Assembly: GCA_048268245.1 (NCBI GenBank)
Contig: JBLWVX010000001.1
Span: 1 to 64,000, forward strand
Direction of reading: 5' to 3'
DNA from: Arcobacteraceae bacterium
GTDB lineage: Bacteria > Campylobacterota > Campylobacteria > Campylobacterales > Arcobacteraceae
DNA: 64,000 nucleotides
This document shows, piece after piece, positions 17,817 to 28,326 of this stretch. The translations under genes were made by a program, and so were the position numbers. Below the pieces are notes generated by a model, which saw only the letters and a program-made list of their open reading frames with translations, was not told where the DNA came from and searched no databases. Numbering within the stretch: position 1 is the stretch's first letter; each line of letters begins with the position of its first letter.

Positions 17817-18404
17817 TTAGATATATAAGAATATTGCTACAACAGCAAAACCTGCTAGCATGAAGTAAATGCCTCTTCTTTTGAAGCCATTTTTTCCTTT
17901 TACCATCCAAAAAGATGATATAGCTAAGAAAGATAAGATTACACTATAGATTATTGCTAAGTAAAACCAAGCACTATCGTGTTTTGCTTTATGGGCGTGA
18001 ACAAAAACTTCTAAAGCAACTGGGTATCCTTTATATCGCACGTCTAGATTACCACTTGTTTGCTCATATTTTATATTTAATGTCCTCCATGCGTTAAAAT
18101 GCAAGACCTCATCTTCTTGTTTAACTAGTTTTAACTTTAAATGCTTTTTTACATTTGCATATGATGATTCATCAAAAATCTCTTTTACTTTTCCTTGTAA
18201 AACAATTTTCTTAAACTCATCATTAAATCTATCTTTTGAAATATTTTTTTCAATTACTAGTGAATCTTTGAATTCAACTTTAAACCAACCAAGACCTCTA
18301 CCTGAAAGAACAATTCCTGTAATAGCATAAATTAAAGTAAGTCCTATTACAAAATATCCAAGGTCTCTATGAAGAGATCTTATTTTTTTACTAAATGCAC
18401 TCAT
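17817..18404 (-). CDS. PepSY-associated TM helix protein
   Basis: RSLHRDLGYF...YAITG, conserved His, SFWM...FKRRG; downstream of the TonB receptor. Confidence 0.8.
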   Translation of the reverse strand: MSAFSKKIRSLHRDLGYFVIGLTLIYAITGIVLSGRGLGWFKVEFKDSLVIEKNISKDRFNDEFKKIVLQGKVKEIFDESSYANVKKHLKLKLVKQEDEVLHFNAWRTLNIKYEQTSGNLDVRYKGYPVALEVFVHAHKAKHDSAWFYLAIIYSVILSFLAISSFWMVKGKNGFKRRGIYFMLAGFAVVAIFLYI

Positions 18405-18411
18405 TTAAACC

Positions 18412-20439
18412 CTAAAGCTTATAAGATAATTTAACTTTAAAGTTTCTACCAACTTCGTAGTCTGTATAACTAGGATTATCAAAGTAAACTCCAAATGCAG
18501 TATGTTGAGCATATTTTTTATCAAAAATATTATCAACACCAAAATTTAATGTTGCACCTTTTAAACTTCCTGCTTCAAACTTATAAGTTGAATTTAGATT
18601 ATGAACAGCATATCCTTTTCTTTCTACAGTTTGATTTGCTGTATATTGGTATTTATTGCCTAAAACATATTGGGCATTATAAGCTAGTTTTAGTGCACTT
18701 GAGAAGCTATAATCAACTCCTGTTTTAAAAGCATGAATTTTTGCAGTTTTTGGATCTTTTTTACTTCCATCACTTAAGCTTTTTTCTTCTCCATCAGAAT
18801 ATGAGTGAGAAAGACTTAAACCTAAGTCATTTTTATTGTATTCAAATACAGACTCAAAACCATAAATTTTTACATCATATTGAGGCTCTAAAGCATTGTT
18901 TTTTGTAGGATGTGAATAGTTATCTACATTATACTTATAAGCTGTAAATCCAAAAATCGAACTATCTGCATTTAAAGCACTTGATAAATCATAATCAAAT
19001 CCAGCTTCATAGTTATGACCTTCTTGTGCTTTTACACCATTTGAAGTCCATGTATCAATATCACTTTGAGAAAGAGTTAAAGTTTCAGGTAATGCAGGAG
19101 CTTTAAAAATTTTACCATACCCTACTCTAAAACTTAACTCATCATTGAATTGATATTTACCTTTAAACTTTGGTGAAACCTCATCAAAATTTCCATCATA
19201 CCAACCACCTAATTTAAACTTATCATATCTTGCACCTAGATTTAAGACTACATCTCCAAGTAAAATTTCATCTTCAAAATATAAACCTGTTGATGTTAAT
19301 GTTCCTGAACCATCAATATTATTACTATTTACAACATCACTATTACTTCTTGAACTATATGATGTACCTTGATCTCCTGTTGAGTTCTTTGATTGTTCAT
19401 CTTTTGAATAATCAACTCCATAAGTTAATATATGGTTTCCTAAGATTGTTCTATTTCTTAAATCAAAACCTTCACTTGTATTTTCATAATATCTATCACC
19501 ATTTTGTCCTGATTTAACGCCATTTCTATCAAATGTATCTGCTCTTTGTCTGTACATTTCTTGTGTATTATAAAAAATGTCCGCATCAATCTTTACTAAA
19601 TCACTATTTGGATTGTACTCATAGTTTAAAGTATAAGTATCTCTTGTTATTTCATTAAAGTCATTATTTGTTACTTGAGTTGCGTTTCCTTTTTCACCTG
19701 AGATATTTCTATTTCCACCGTCATTATATTTATTATAAGAAAGTTTAAAAGTATTACTATCATTTGGTTTAAATACAGTTTTTAATAAACCACTTTCAAG
19801 TTTACTTTGTTTATCTTTGACATCTCCTGCTGGTGTTTCAGTATATCCATCATCAACAACATTAACAATACCTAATAACTCTACTTGTTCACTAGCTTTC
19901 CCATATAAAGAAAGATTTAGACTATCTCTGTTGTAACCAGTTTCATGTCCTAAAGAAACATTTCCTCCAAAACTCTCATTTGCTTCAAGTAAATCACTTG
20001 GGTCTTTAGTTTCATATACAAATGAACCATTAACTACACCAGGACCACTTAAAGCAGAGTTTGGTCCAAGTTCAATAGAACCTATTTTTAACATTTGAGC
20101 ATCAATTGTTTGATCACCTGAGTGATGAAAAAGTTGCCCTGTCATTCTTGCATTATCAATTGTAATATTTGAAAACTTATCTTCTAAACCTCTTACATAA
20201 ACTTTTTGAGAATATCTAGAACTTCCTGTAACATTTACAGAAGGAAGTGAATCTAAAATATCTTTTACATCTGTTGCTTGAACTAGATTTAACTTATCAG
20301 AAGTTATGCTTTTTATATGTGATTCAAAGGCTGTATCACTAATATTTACTTTACCTAAGTCTTTATTATTAGCATTTGCATTTAGTGCTAAAGAGGCACT
20401 TATAGATAAAGATATTAATATTTTATTTTTATGCTTCAT
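18412..20439 (-). CDS. TonB-dependent receptor (FrpB/FetA-like iron receptor)
   Basis: Signal peptide, plug motif VYVRG..FHHSG, NIFDKKY, GRNFKVKLSYKL terminal strand; Fur box upstream. Confidence 0.9.
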   Translation of the reverse strand: MKHKNKILISLSISASLALNANANNKDLGKVNISDTAFESHIKSITSDKLNLVQATDVKDILDSLPSVNVTGSSRYSQKVYVRGLEDKFSNITIDNARMTGQLFHHSGDQTIDAQMLKIGSIELGPNSALSGPGVVNGSFVYETKDPSDLLEANESFGGNVSLGHETGYNRDSLNLSLYGKASEQVELLGIVNVVDDGYTETPAGDVKDKQSKLESGLLKTVFKPNDSNTFKLSYNKYNDGGNRNISGEKGNATQVTNNDFNEITRDTYTLNYEYNPNSDLVKIDADIFYNTQEMYRQRADTFDRNGVKSGQNGDRYYENTSEGFDLRNRTILGNHILTYGVDYSKDEQSKNSTGDQGTSYSSRSNSDVVNSNNIDGSGTLTSTGLYFEDEILLGDVVLNLGARYDKFKLGGWYDGNFDEVSPKFKGKYQFNDELSFRVGYGKIFKAPALPETLTLSQSDIDTWTSNGVKAQEGHNYEAGFDYDLSSALNADSSIFGFTAYKYNVDNYSHPTKNNALEPQYDVKIYGFESVFEYNKNDLGLSLSHSYSDGEEKSLSDGSKKDPKTAKIHAFKTGVDYSFSSALKLAYNAQYVLGNKYQYTANQTVERKGYAVHNLNSTYKFEAGSLKGATLNFGVDNIFDKKYAQHTAFGVYFDNPSYTDYEVGRNFKVKLSYKL

Positions 20440-20466
20440 TCTTTTTCCTATGTCTTAACTTAATAT

Positions 20467-20481
20467 TGAGAATCATACTCA
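20467..20481. promoter_or_regulatory. Fur box (TonB receptor side)
   Basis: 7-1-7 TGAGAAT-C-ATACTCA versus consensus TGATAAT-N-ATTATCA. Confidence 0.7.
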
Positions 20482-20486
20482 TATAA

Positions 20487-20503
20487 AATCACTAAGTAAT
20501 CAC
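20487..20503. promoter_or_regulatory. AATCAC-N5-AATCAC direct repeat, candidate response-regulator site
   Basis: Exact hexamer repeat with 11-bp period, 9 bp upstream of a TATGAT -10-like hexamer on the minus strand. Confidence 0.5.
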
Positions 20504-20531
20504 AATTTTTTAATTTTATCAATATTTAAAT

Positions 20532-20546
20532 TGATAATTAGTATCA
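20532..20546. promoter_or_regulatory. Fur box (two-component system side)
   Basis: 7-1-7 TGATAAT-T-AGTATCA. Confidence 0.75.
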
Positions 20547-20572
20547 TTACATAAAAATTAAAAGGCATTATA

Positions 20573-21310
20573 TTGACAAAACCTCTAACTTCAATGAAAA
20601 TAAATGATATAAATATATTAATTGTTGAAGATGAAATCGTTTTAGCTATGGCAATTGAAGTAAGCCTAAATAAAATGGGCTTTAATGTAAGTGGAATTGA
20701 AACGATACCATCAAAAGCCATACTTCATGTTCAAAATAACTTTCCAGATATTGTGTTAATGGATATAAATTTAAACAGTACTCAAAGTGGAATTGATGTA
20801 GCAAATGTGATTTGGAATAGATTTAAAATTCCTATTGTATTTTTAACTTCTTATACAGATGACAATACTATTAATAAAGCTTTAGAGTGTGAACCTTATG
20901 GGTATTTAATAAAGCCTTGTAGAGATGAAGAACTTAAAGCCACAATAAATACAGCATTACATAAACATAGATATTTTTTTAAAAGAAAAAATGACCTAAA
21001 TAAAAATGATTCTTCTTTCTTATACTTAGAAGACAATCTAAAATTTGACAAAACAAATTGTACTTTGTATAGAAATAGAGAATTGATAAAACTTACAAAA
21101 AATGAAAAAAAATTATTTAACTTAATTGCAAATACTACTAATCACACAGCAAGTTTTGAAAATATATTTGCATATATTTGGAGAGAAGACATTTATGATT
21201 TAGGAAAACTAAGAACACTTATATATAGACTAAAATTAAAAACAAAAACTAATCTTTTTGAAAATATTTTTGAACAAGGTTATAGATTAAAAGTGAAAAG
21301 AATTGACTAA
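20573..21310 (+). CDS. Response regulator (REC + winged helix)
   Basis: IVEDE, LMDINL, YLIKP; C-terminal LRTLIYRLK..GYRL. Start could be 20594. Confidence 0.85.
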   Translation: MTKPLTSMKINDINILIVEDEIVLAMAIEVSLNKMGFNVSGIETIPSKAILHVQNNFPDIVLMDINLNSTQSGIDVANVIWNRFKIPIVFLTSYTDDNTINKALECEPYGYLIKPCRDEELKATINTALHKHRYFFKRKNDLNKNDSSFLYLEDNLKFDKTNCTLYRNRELIKLTKNEKKLFNLIANTTNHTASFENIFAYIWREDIYDLGKLRTLIYRLKLKTKTNLFENIFEQGYRLKVKRID

Positions 21311-23138
21311 AATTTTAAATATAAACTATTATTCACTAAATGTAAAAGTAGCCATCTCTTTATTTTTACTTACTTTGTTTTTACTTGTTATTCTATTTTC
21401 ACTTATTATTCCAAAAATACAAAAGGATCAATATAATAGAATATTAAATGAAATAGAACAAGTTTTAAGTATTTCACAAGAACAAATAAAAGTTGCAGGA
21501 AAAGCAATAGTAATGCAATCAAATCTTGAAATACAATTAAATCAAAAAAAACTTGAACTTGAGTTATATAAAATCAAAAATAGCCTTGAAGATAATCTAA
21601 GTATTGATTTATTAAAAAAAAGACTGCATGACAACAAGATAATAAATAAAAGCAACTTTGCAATCAAGTCAAAAGATGATTTATATATAAGTTCAACTGA
21701 AAAGATATATAAAGATTACAAATTAGAAAATTATAATCAATGGGAAATATATAAATTAAAAGATTTGAGTAAAGATTATGTTCACTATAAAAAATACTAT
21801 TTTTACACTATAAAATTAAAAAAAGATATTGAAGTTTCAATTTTTTTATCTAAATCAGTTTTAAACAAAAACCATAGTACCTTTGAAAAAGATATAAAAC
21901 AGAATATTCAAAAAGCATTTGAAACAACCCAAGAGTTACATAAAGGAAAAACATATCTTATGTGGATGAATTATAAATATAAAGATGATAATTCTAAACC
22001 TTTTTTTAGCGAAGATGAAAAAATAAGAAAAGAAAGATATACATTAAGTAACATGTCAAATGTAAAAAACATCTCAACTGGAAAATTAACTGCAAAACAG
22101 ATTTTAGAAGCAAGAGATAATAAACCTATATCCCATTTACTAAATAACAAAGAAGCTCTAACTTGGATAAAAAGCCTATCTAAAAAAGAAGATGAAAAAT
22201 ATATTTTTTTACTTGTAAAAACCTTATATAAAAAAGACCTTTTAAAACAAGTAGATTCAGTTCTTCTTAAAATACTACCTGCAACACTAATATCATTTCT
22301 ATTGGTTTTAATAATTGCTTTTTTCTTGTTTAGAAGATTGTTTAAAAGTATAAATACTCTTACAACTACTGCAAAACAAATTACTTTAGGAGATAACTCT
22401 GTAAGAAGTTTTGTAAAAGGCAATGACGATATAGGTATTTTAGGAGAAGCCTTTGATAAAATGCTTGATAACTTTGAAAATAGTATTAAAGATTTAGATA
22501 AAAAAGTAAATGAGAAAACTAAAGAATTAACATCATCATTAGAAGAAAAAGAGATTTTACTAAAAGAGATTCACCATAGAGTAAAAAATAACCTAGCACT
22601 AACAATAAGTTTAATAAAACTTCAACAATCAAAAATAGATGATAACAATACTATAAAAACTTTAAATGACATACAAGAAAGAATTTACACAATGGAATTA
22701 CTTCACAGAAAGCTATATGAATCCAATAATCTAAATGCTATCAATATAAAAGAGTATATTTATAGCTTGGTAAATGATATTTCAGGTAGCTATGACTATG
22801 AAGGAAAAGTAGCCATTGAATTCAAAGTTGAAGAGTTTTTCTTTGATATTCAAAAAGCAATACCCTGTGCTTTAATTATAAACGAACTAGTAACAAATAC
22901 ATATAAATATGCCTTTGAAAATACACCAAAAGCTAAACTTTATATTTCTTTATTTAAAGAAAAAGATAATTATGTATTAATAGTAAAAGACAATGGAAAA
23001 GGAATTGATAAAAAAATTGATCTTAAAAACTCACAAACTTTAGGATTAAAACTTATAAACTCAATTTGTACACTTCAATTACATGGTAAAGTAGAATATA
23101 TATCAAATCATGGGGCTATGTTTAAAATTACCTTTTAA
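21303..23138 (+). CDS. Membrane sensor histidine kinase, HAMP + HisKA_2 type
   Basis: Two TM segments, DDIGILGEAFDKM HAMP, EIHHRVKNNL, NELVTNTYKYAF, DNGKG. Confidence 0.9.
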   Translation: MTKILNINYYSLNVKVAISLFLLTLFLLVILFSLIIPKIQKDQYNRILNEIEQVLSISQEQIKVAGKAIVMQSNLEIQLNQKKLELELYKIKNSLEDNLSIDLLKKRLHDNKIINKSNFAIKSKDDLYISSTEKIYKDYKLENYNQWEIYKLKDLSKDYVHYKKYYFYTIKLKKDIEVSIFLSKSVLNKNHSTFEKDIKQNIQKAFETTQELHKGKTYLMWMNYKYKDDNSKPFFSEDEKIRKERYTLSNMSNVKNISTGKLTAKQILEARDNKPISHLLNNKEALTWIKSLSKKEDEKYIFLLVKTLYKKDLLKQVDSVLLKILPATLISFLLVLIIAFFLFRRLFKSINTLTTTAKQITLGDNSVRSFVKGNDDIGILGEAFDKMLDNFENSIKDLDKKVNEKTKELTSSLEEKEILLKEIHHRVKNNLALTISLIKLQQSKIDDNNTIKTLNDIQERIYTMELLHRKLYESNNLNAINIKEYIYSLVNDISGSYDYEGKVAIEFKVEEFFFDIQKAIPCALIINELVTNTYKYAFENTPKAKLYISLFKEKDNYVLIVKDNGKGIDKKIDLKNSQTLGLKLINSICTLQLHGKVEYISNHGAMFKITF

Positions 23139-23180
23139 AATAATTAGATAAAATATCACAAATTAATAAAAGGATTTCTT

Positions 23181-24134
23181 TTGAGCCTACATGAAAAGAT
23201 ACTATTACTTAAAAATGAAATTTCAAAAGGAGTTATTGGTCAAGACCAAATGATTAACTCTATTTTGATTGGTCTTTTTACAGATGGACATATTTTATTA
23301 GAAGGAGTTCCAGGACTTGCTAAAACAACTACAGTAAAAGCAGTTGCAAATGCCATTGATTTAAAGTTTAAAAGGGTTCAGTTTACACCTGATTTACTTC
23401 CTAGTGATATTTTAGGTGTTCAAATTTACAATATGAAAACCCAAGAATTTTCAATCAAAAAAGGACCAATTTTTACAAATTTACTTTTAGCAGATGAAAT
23501 CAACAGAGCCCCTGCAAAAGTTCAGTCTGCCTTACTTGAATCAATGCAAGAAAAACAAGTAACTATTGCTGATAATACTTTTAAAATTGACAAACCATTT
23601 TTAGTTCTAGCAACACAAAACCCTATTGATCAAGAAGGAGCTTACACTCTTCCAGAAGCCCAACTTGACAGATTTATGTTTAAAGTTGTGGTTGATTATA
23701 ATAATAAAAAACAAGAGTACGAAATAGCTAAAAAAGCCACAATGAACTCATTTGAAACTATAAATAAAATCATAGATAAAGACACCCTAGAGCAAATAAA
23801 AAAAGATATCAAAAATATACATATTGATAAAGAGCTTGAAGAGTATATTGTAGATATTATATGTGCAACGAGAAACCCAAGTGATTATGGTTTAGAAGAA
23901 ATAAGCGATTATATTCATTTTGGAGCAAGTCCAAGAGCAACTATTGATATGTTTAAAGCAGTAAAAGCAAATGCTTATATTAGAGGGAATGACTATGTAT
24001 CACCTTTAGATGTAGCATTAGTAATAAAAGATGTGTTAAGACATAGAATTATTTTAAGTTATGAAGCCCAAGCTCAAGAGATTAATGTAGATGATTTAAT
24101 ACAAAAAATTATTGAAAAAGTAGATATTCCATAA
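23181..24134 (+). CDS. MoxR-family AAA+ ATPase
   Basis: GVPGLAKT, RVQFTPDLLPSD, ADEINRAPAKVQSALLE, ATQNP. Confidence 0.92.
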   Translation: MSLHEKILLLKNEISKGVIGQDQMINSILIGLFTDGHILLEGVPGLAKTTTVKAVANAIDLKFKRVQFTPDLLPSDILGVQIYNMKTQEFSIKKGPIFTNLLLADEINRAPAKVQSALLESMQEKQVTIADNTFKIDKPFLVLATQNPIDQEGAYTLPEAQLDRFMFKVVVDYNNKKQEYEIAKKATMNSFETINKIIDKDTLEQIKKDIKNIHIDKELEEYIVDIICATRNPSDYGLEEISDYIHFGASPRATIDMFKAVKANAYIRGNDYVSPLDVALVIKDVLRHRIILSYEAQAQEINVDDLIQKIIEKVDIP

Positions 24135-24137
24135 AAT

Positions 24138-24971
24138 ATGAACCAAGCATTAAAAAAAATACTCATAAAGACAAGAAAACAAGCCTTTTCAGAAGTTATT
24201 GGAAATAATATCTCCAAACAAAAAGGAGAAGGATATGATTTTTGTGAACTAAAAGAGTATGAGTATGGGGAAGATGTTAAAAATATTGATTGGGTTATTA
24301 GTGCAAAAGCTCAAAAACCAATAGTAAAAGTCTTTCATTCTCAAAAAGAACTAAATATAAAAATCATCAACTTACTTAGCGGCTCTACTTATTTTGGGAG
24401 AAAAAAACTAAAAAAAGATGTAATTGTTGAACTAGCTTCAACTTTAGGATTTATTTGTACGAAACAAGGTGATCCTTTTACTTCATATATAGCAAATGAC
24501 ACTTTAGAACTTTGTACTAGAAAATCCAAAAAAGTTTTCAATGTAAATTTAATGGCAGAGACTATATATAATTATAATGTTTTAAATAAAAAAATTGAGT
24601 ATAAAAAAGTATTAGATGAACTTTTTAAATCTGTCCATCATAAATCAATTATATTTTTAATAGGTGATTTTTTCGATATTGAAAAACTTGATTTAAAACT
24701 ACTTAATTCAAAACATGAAGTTATTGTTTTAATCATAAGAGATAAATTTGAGGAAGAGCCAAAAGCTCTAGGAAATGTAAACCTAATTGATCCAAGTAGT
24801 TTTGAAGAGTATGAAGGAGTTTTAGATGACTCAACAATTACAAACTATATAAAAGAAATAAAAGGAAATGACCATAAACTTTTTAAACATCTTCAAGATT
24901 GTGGTATTAGATTCACAAAAATTTATACTGACGAAAATCCAATCAAAAAACTAATTGGAGTTCTTTCATGA
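24138..24971 (+). CDS. DUF58 family protein
   Basis: GEGYDFCELKEYEYGEDVKNIDWVISA; follows MoxR. Confidence 0.85.
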   Translation: MNQALKKILIKTRKQAFSEVIGNNISKQKGEGYDFCELKEYEYGEDVKNIDWVISAKAQKPIVKVFHSQKELNIKIINLLSGSTYFGRKKLKKDVIVELASTLGFICTKQGDPFTSYIANDTLELCTRKSKKVFNVNLMAETIYNYNVLNKKIEYKKVLDELFKSVHHKSIIFLIGDFFDIEKLDLKLLNSKHEVIVLIIRDKFEEEPKALGNVNLIDPSSFEEYEGVLDDSTITNYIKEIKGNDHKLFKHLQDCGIRFTKIYTDENPIKKLIGVLS

Positions 24972-25360
24972 TAGATAATGAACTTAAACTTAATGATATA
25001 AAAGGCTTAGTTGATATTCCTGATAACTCGGTTTTTATTTTTTCAGCTTTAGTTTTTTTTGCACTTATTTTACTATTTTTGTTAGTTTTATTTATCATAA
25101 AAGTTTTAAAAAATAGAAAAAAAGACTTAAGAAAAGAGTATTTTGAAATACTAGAAAATATAGATTTTAATGACTCTAAACAAAGTGCTTATACTATTAC
25201 TAAATATGTAAGACTTTTAGCAAGAAATGAAAGAGAGCAAAAAATAGCAAATGAGTTAATAGAAGAACTTGCTTTATATAAATACAAAAAAGAAGTTACT
25301 ACTATCAAAAAAGAAACAAAAGCAAAACTATCAACTTTTATGGATATAGTAGATGTTTAA
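24968..25360 (+). CDS. Single-TM protein of the MoxR/vWA operon (DUF4381-like)
   Basis: LNDIK..IP followed by a TM helix; lies between DUF58 and vWA. Confidence 0.6.
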   Translation: MIDNELKLNDIKGLVDIPDNSVFIFSALVFFALILLFLLVLFIIKVLKNRKKDLRKEYFEILENIDFNDSKQSAYTITKYVRLLARNEREQKIANELIEELALYKYKKEVTTIKKETKAKLSTFMDIVDV

Positions 25361-26255
25361 TTTTACATTTGAATACCCTTATTTTTTACTTTTAATACTT
25401 CTATTTATTTTTTGTGCAGTTTTTTGTAAAGCAAAAAGTCCTTCATATTTAATACCACATCTTCATATATTCAGTAAATCAAATATAAAATCAAGTTTTA
25501 TTTCGATTGTCTTGAAATATATCACTATAGTTTTTGCTATAGTTGCATTAGCTTCTCCTATTAAAATAAACAATTCACAAGTTATCAAAAATGATGGAAT
25601 AAATATAGTTTTAAACTTAGATGCAAGTGGTTCTATGCAAGAAATAGGTTTTGATGAAAATGATTATAATAAAACAAGATTTGATTCAGTAAAACAAATA
25701 GTTTCAAATTTTATAGAAAAAAGAGTTACTGATAATATTGCTTTTGTATTATTTGGACAAAGTGCTATGATTGCAAGTCCGCTTAGTTTTGATAAGCAGG
25801 CTCAAAGTGAGATTTTAAAATATTTTGAAGTTGGAGTATTAGGTAATGAAACAGCTATCTTAGACTCACTTGCATTAAGTATAAAGGTCTTAAAAGATAA
25901 ACAAGCAAAATCTAATATTATAATACTTTTAAGTGATGGAATGGATAATGCAAGTACTATTCCTCTTCAAGTAATAGAAAGAATGCTTAAAAAACATAAT
26001 ATTAAAGTATATGGTATATCTATTGGAAATGCAAACAATTACATACTTGATAAGGTATCATCACTTACAGGTGGAAAATCATACAGAGCTTATAATAGTC
26101 AAAGTTTAAAAAAGATATATAAAGATATAGATTTATTAGAAAAATCAAAGATAGAACAAAATAGAGTAATAATCAAAGACTATTTATTTTTCTATCCACT
26201 TTTTATAAGTGTATTAAGTTTATGTATATTAATTTTTTTAAGAAACAAATCATAA
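25353..26255 (+). CDS. vWA-domain protein (BatA-like)
   Basis: N-terminal FEYPYFLLL, MIDAS DASGSM, ILLSDG, C-terminal TM. Confidence 0.85.
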   Translation: MFNFTFEYPYFLLLILLFIFCAVFCKAKSPSYLIPHLHIFSKSNIKSSFISIVLKYITIVFAIVALASPIKINNSQVIKNDGINIVLNLDASGSMQEIGFDENDYNKTRFDSVKQIVSNFIEKRVTDNIAFVLFGQSAMIASPLSFDKQAQSEILKYFEVGVLGNETAILDSLALSIKVLKDKQAKSNIIILLSDGMDNASTIPLQVIERMLKKHNIKVYGISIGNANNYILDKVSSLTGGKSYRAYNSQSLKKIYKDIDLLEKSKIEQNRVIIKDYLFFYPLFISVLSLCILIFLRNKS

Positions 26256-26269
26256 AATAAAGAGGATAA

Positions 26270-27052
26270 ATGGAAGATCAAAAAAAAGAAGAACTAAAAG
26301 AACTATTAAAAAAATCAGTTAAAACGGACCATTTTAAAGAACATAAAAAAGATAGAAATGTAAATAATAATAGTGCCAAAAGTAAGCCTACAACTAAAAA
26401 CAAAAAAAGCTTTTTTACTTTTCAATATGCTTTCATTTTAATACTCCTAGTGATTTTATTTATTTGTATTTATCTGTTAAATAAACAAAATAAAAATATA
26501 AGTGAGCTTGAAAATCAAATCACCTCTTTAATTACAACTACAAAAAAAGAAACTATTAAACCAGAAATAAAAAAACCAATTATAAAAGAAGAAAAAGTTA
26601 TCCAAGAAAAAGAGATAATAAAAGAGATTAAAGTTGTAGATAAAAATCTTACAAAAGAAAAATTTAAAGAGTTTTATAATAGGGCAAAATTTAATAGGCT
26701 TACTTGTTATGATTATAATGTAGGAGCAATACAACCTTCAAAGCAGTGTCTTGATAAAATTCATAACTTTTTAGATAAAAATAAAAATGCTTTAAGATTT
26801 GAAATTATACCTGTTGTTGATAGTAAAGACAAAGAACTATTTGATGGAATTGAAAAAATTAAACTAAAAAACTATTCAACATCCCAAAGATTAAATAAAT
26901 ATGCCCTAAGAGGTTTATCAAGGGATAGAGTTTTAGAGCTAACTTGGAATATAAGACAAATAGCAGGTCAAGAGCTGATACTAACTCCTACAAACTACTT
27001 TGTAGAATCACAAAAAAATAATAGAGGTATAATTATTAAAGCATATAATTAA
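26270..27052 (+). CDS. Hypothetical single-TM protein, possible degenerate OmpA/MotB-like C-terminal domain
   Basis: Basic N-terminus, one TM, coiled linker, then a Cys pair and GLSRDRV. Confidence 0.5.
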   Translation: MEDQKKEELKELLKKSVKTDHFKEHKKDRNVNNNSAKSKPTTKNKKSFFTFQYAFILILLVILFICIYLLNKQNKNISELENQITSLITTTKKETIKPEIKKPIIKEEKVIQEKEIIKEIKVVDKNLTKEKFKEFYNRAKFNRLTCYDYNVGAIQPSKQCLDKIHNFLDKNKNALRFEIIPVVDSKDKELFDGIEKIKLKNYSTSQRLNKYALRGLSRDRVLELTWNIRQIAGQELILTPTNYFVESQKNNRGIIIKAYN

Positions 27053-28326
27053 ATATGCTTTAATACTTCTTCTTTATCTGAAAAAGGAAATTTCTTGTCA
27101 TAAATTGTTTGACTAGACTCATCACCTTTTCCTAAAATTAAAACAACACTATTTTCATCTGCCATTTCAATCGCAGTTTTAATAGCTGTTTTTCTATTTA
27201 CATCAACTTTTACACTTTGATGATTTTTGATACCTTTTAAAATATCGTCAATAATTAAATCTGGATCTTCAAATCTTGGATTATCTGAAGTTACAATTAT
27301 ATGCTTTGAATAAGTGGCAGCCACTTGACCCATTAGAGGTCTTTTATCTTTATCTCTATCTCCACCTGCTCCAAATACGCAAATAATATCTTTTTCATTA
27401 AAGCTTTGAAGAACTTCTTTCATACCATCAGGTGTATGGGCAAAATCAACTATTACAAGTGGTTTATCACTAATAGTTTCCATTCTACCACTAACTCCTG
27501 CAAAACCTTCAAGTGCTTCACAAATCTCATCTAAATCTCTGTTTGTAACCATATGAACTGCACCAATAGCAGCTGTTAGGTTATAAACATTAAATATTCC
27601 CATCATTAAAGATGAAAAAGAGTGCATATTTCCTAAATGTGAAAGCATAACATGCATTCCATTCTTAAAAGAATAAGCACTTACTTTATAAGTTGATGGA
27701 TTATCAAGAGAATAAGATAGAGCATTTTTTGCATTAAACATAACTACAGGATCATCTTTATTGATTAGTTTTTTAGTCTCATCAGCAAAGAAAGAGTTTT
27801 TAACACTTATATACTCTTCTACTGTTTTATGATAATCTAAATGATCTCTAGTAATATTTGTATGAATCTTAAGTTCAAACTCTAAACCTTCAATTCTTTT
27901 TTGCTCAATAGCATGAGAACTAACTTCCATAACAAAAAAATCACAATCATTTTGTATTGCTTTTTGTATATGTGCAAAGTTTCCTAATTGAACAGGTGTT
28001 GTTAAAGAGTAATCTTCTACTCTCTCATCATTTATAAAAAAGCCTCTTGTACCTTGTAAGGCAACTTTATAACCTAAATCTAAAAGTGTTGAATAAATAG
28101 CAGCAGCAGTTGTAGTTTTACCATTTGTTCCAGTAATACCTATAACTTTTATACTACTCATATCTAAATGATTTTTTAAATCTTTTGCTTCAACAAAATC
28201 CACACATCCATTGTTTTTTGCATCTTCAACAAATCTTTTATTCTGTTTAGATACTACAAATGTAGTATCACTATTAACTTCTTTTGAGTTATCTGTAAAT
28301 ACTCGGTTATTTATGATTATTTGCAA
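27049..28326 (-). CDS. murE: UDP-MurNAc-tripeptide synthetase
   Basis: GITGTNGKTT, MEVSSH, DHLDYH, DFAHTPD, TSDNPR, LGKG. Confidence 0.95.
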   Translation of the reverse strand: MQIIINNRVFTDNSKEVNSDTTFVVSKQNKRFVEDAKNNGCVDFVEAKDLKNHLDMSSIKVIGITGTNGKTTTAAAIYSTLLDLGYKVALQGTRGFFINDERVEDYSLTTPVQLGNFAHIQKAIQNDCDFFVMEVSSHAIEQKRIEGLEFELKIHTNITRDHLDYHKTVEEYISVKNSFFADETKKLINKDDPVVMFNAKNALSYSLDNPSTYKVSAYSFKNGMHVMLSHLGNMHSFSSLMMGIFNVYNLTAAIGAVHMVTNRDLDEICEALEGFAGVSGRMETISDKPLVIVDFAHTPDGMKEVLQSFNEKDIICVFGAGGDRDKDKRPLMGQVAATYSKHIIVTSDNPRFEDPDLIIDDILKGIKNHQSVKVDVNRKTAIKTAIEMADENSVVLILGKGDESSQTIYDKKFPFSDKEEVLKHI

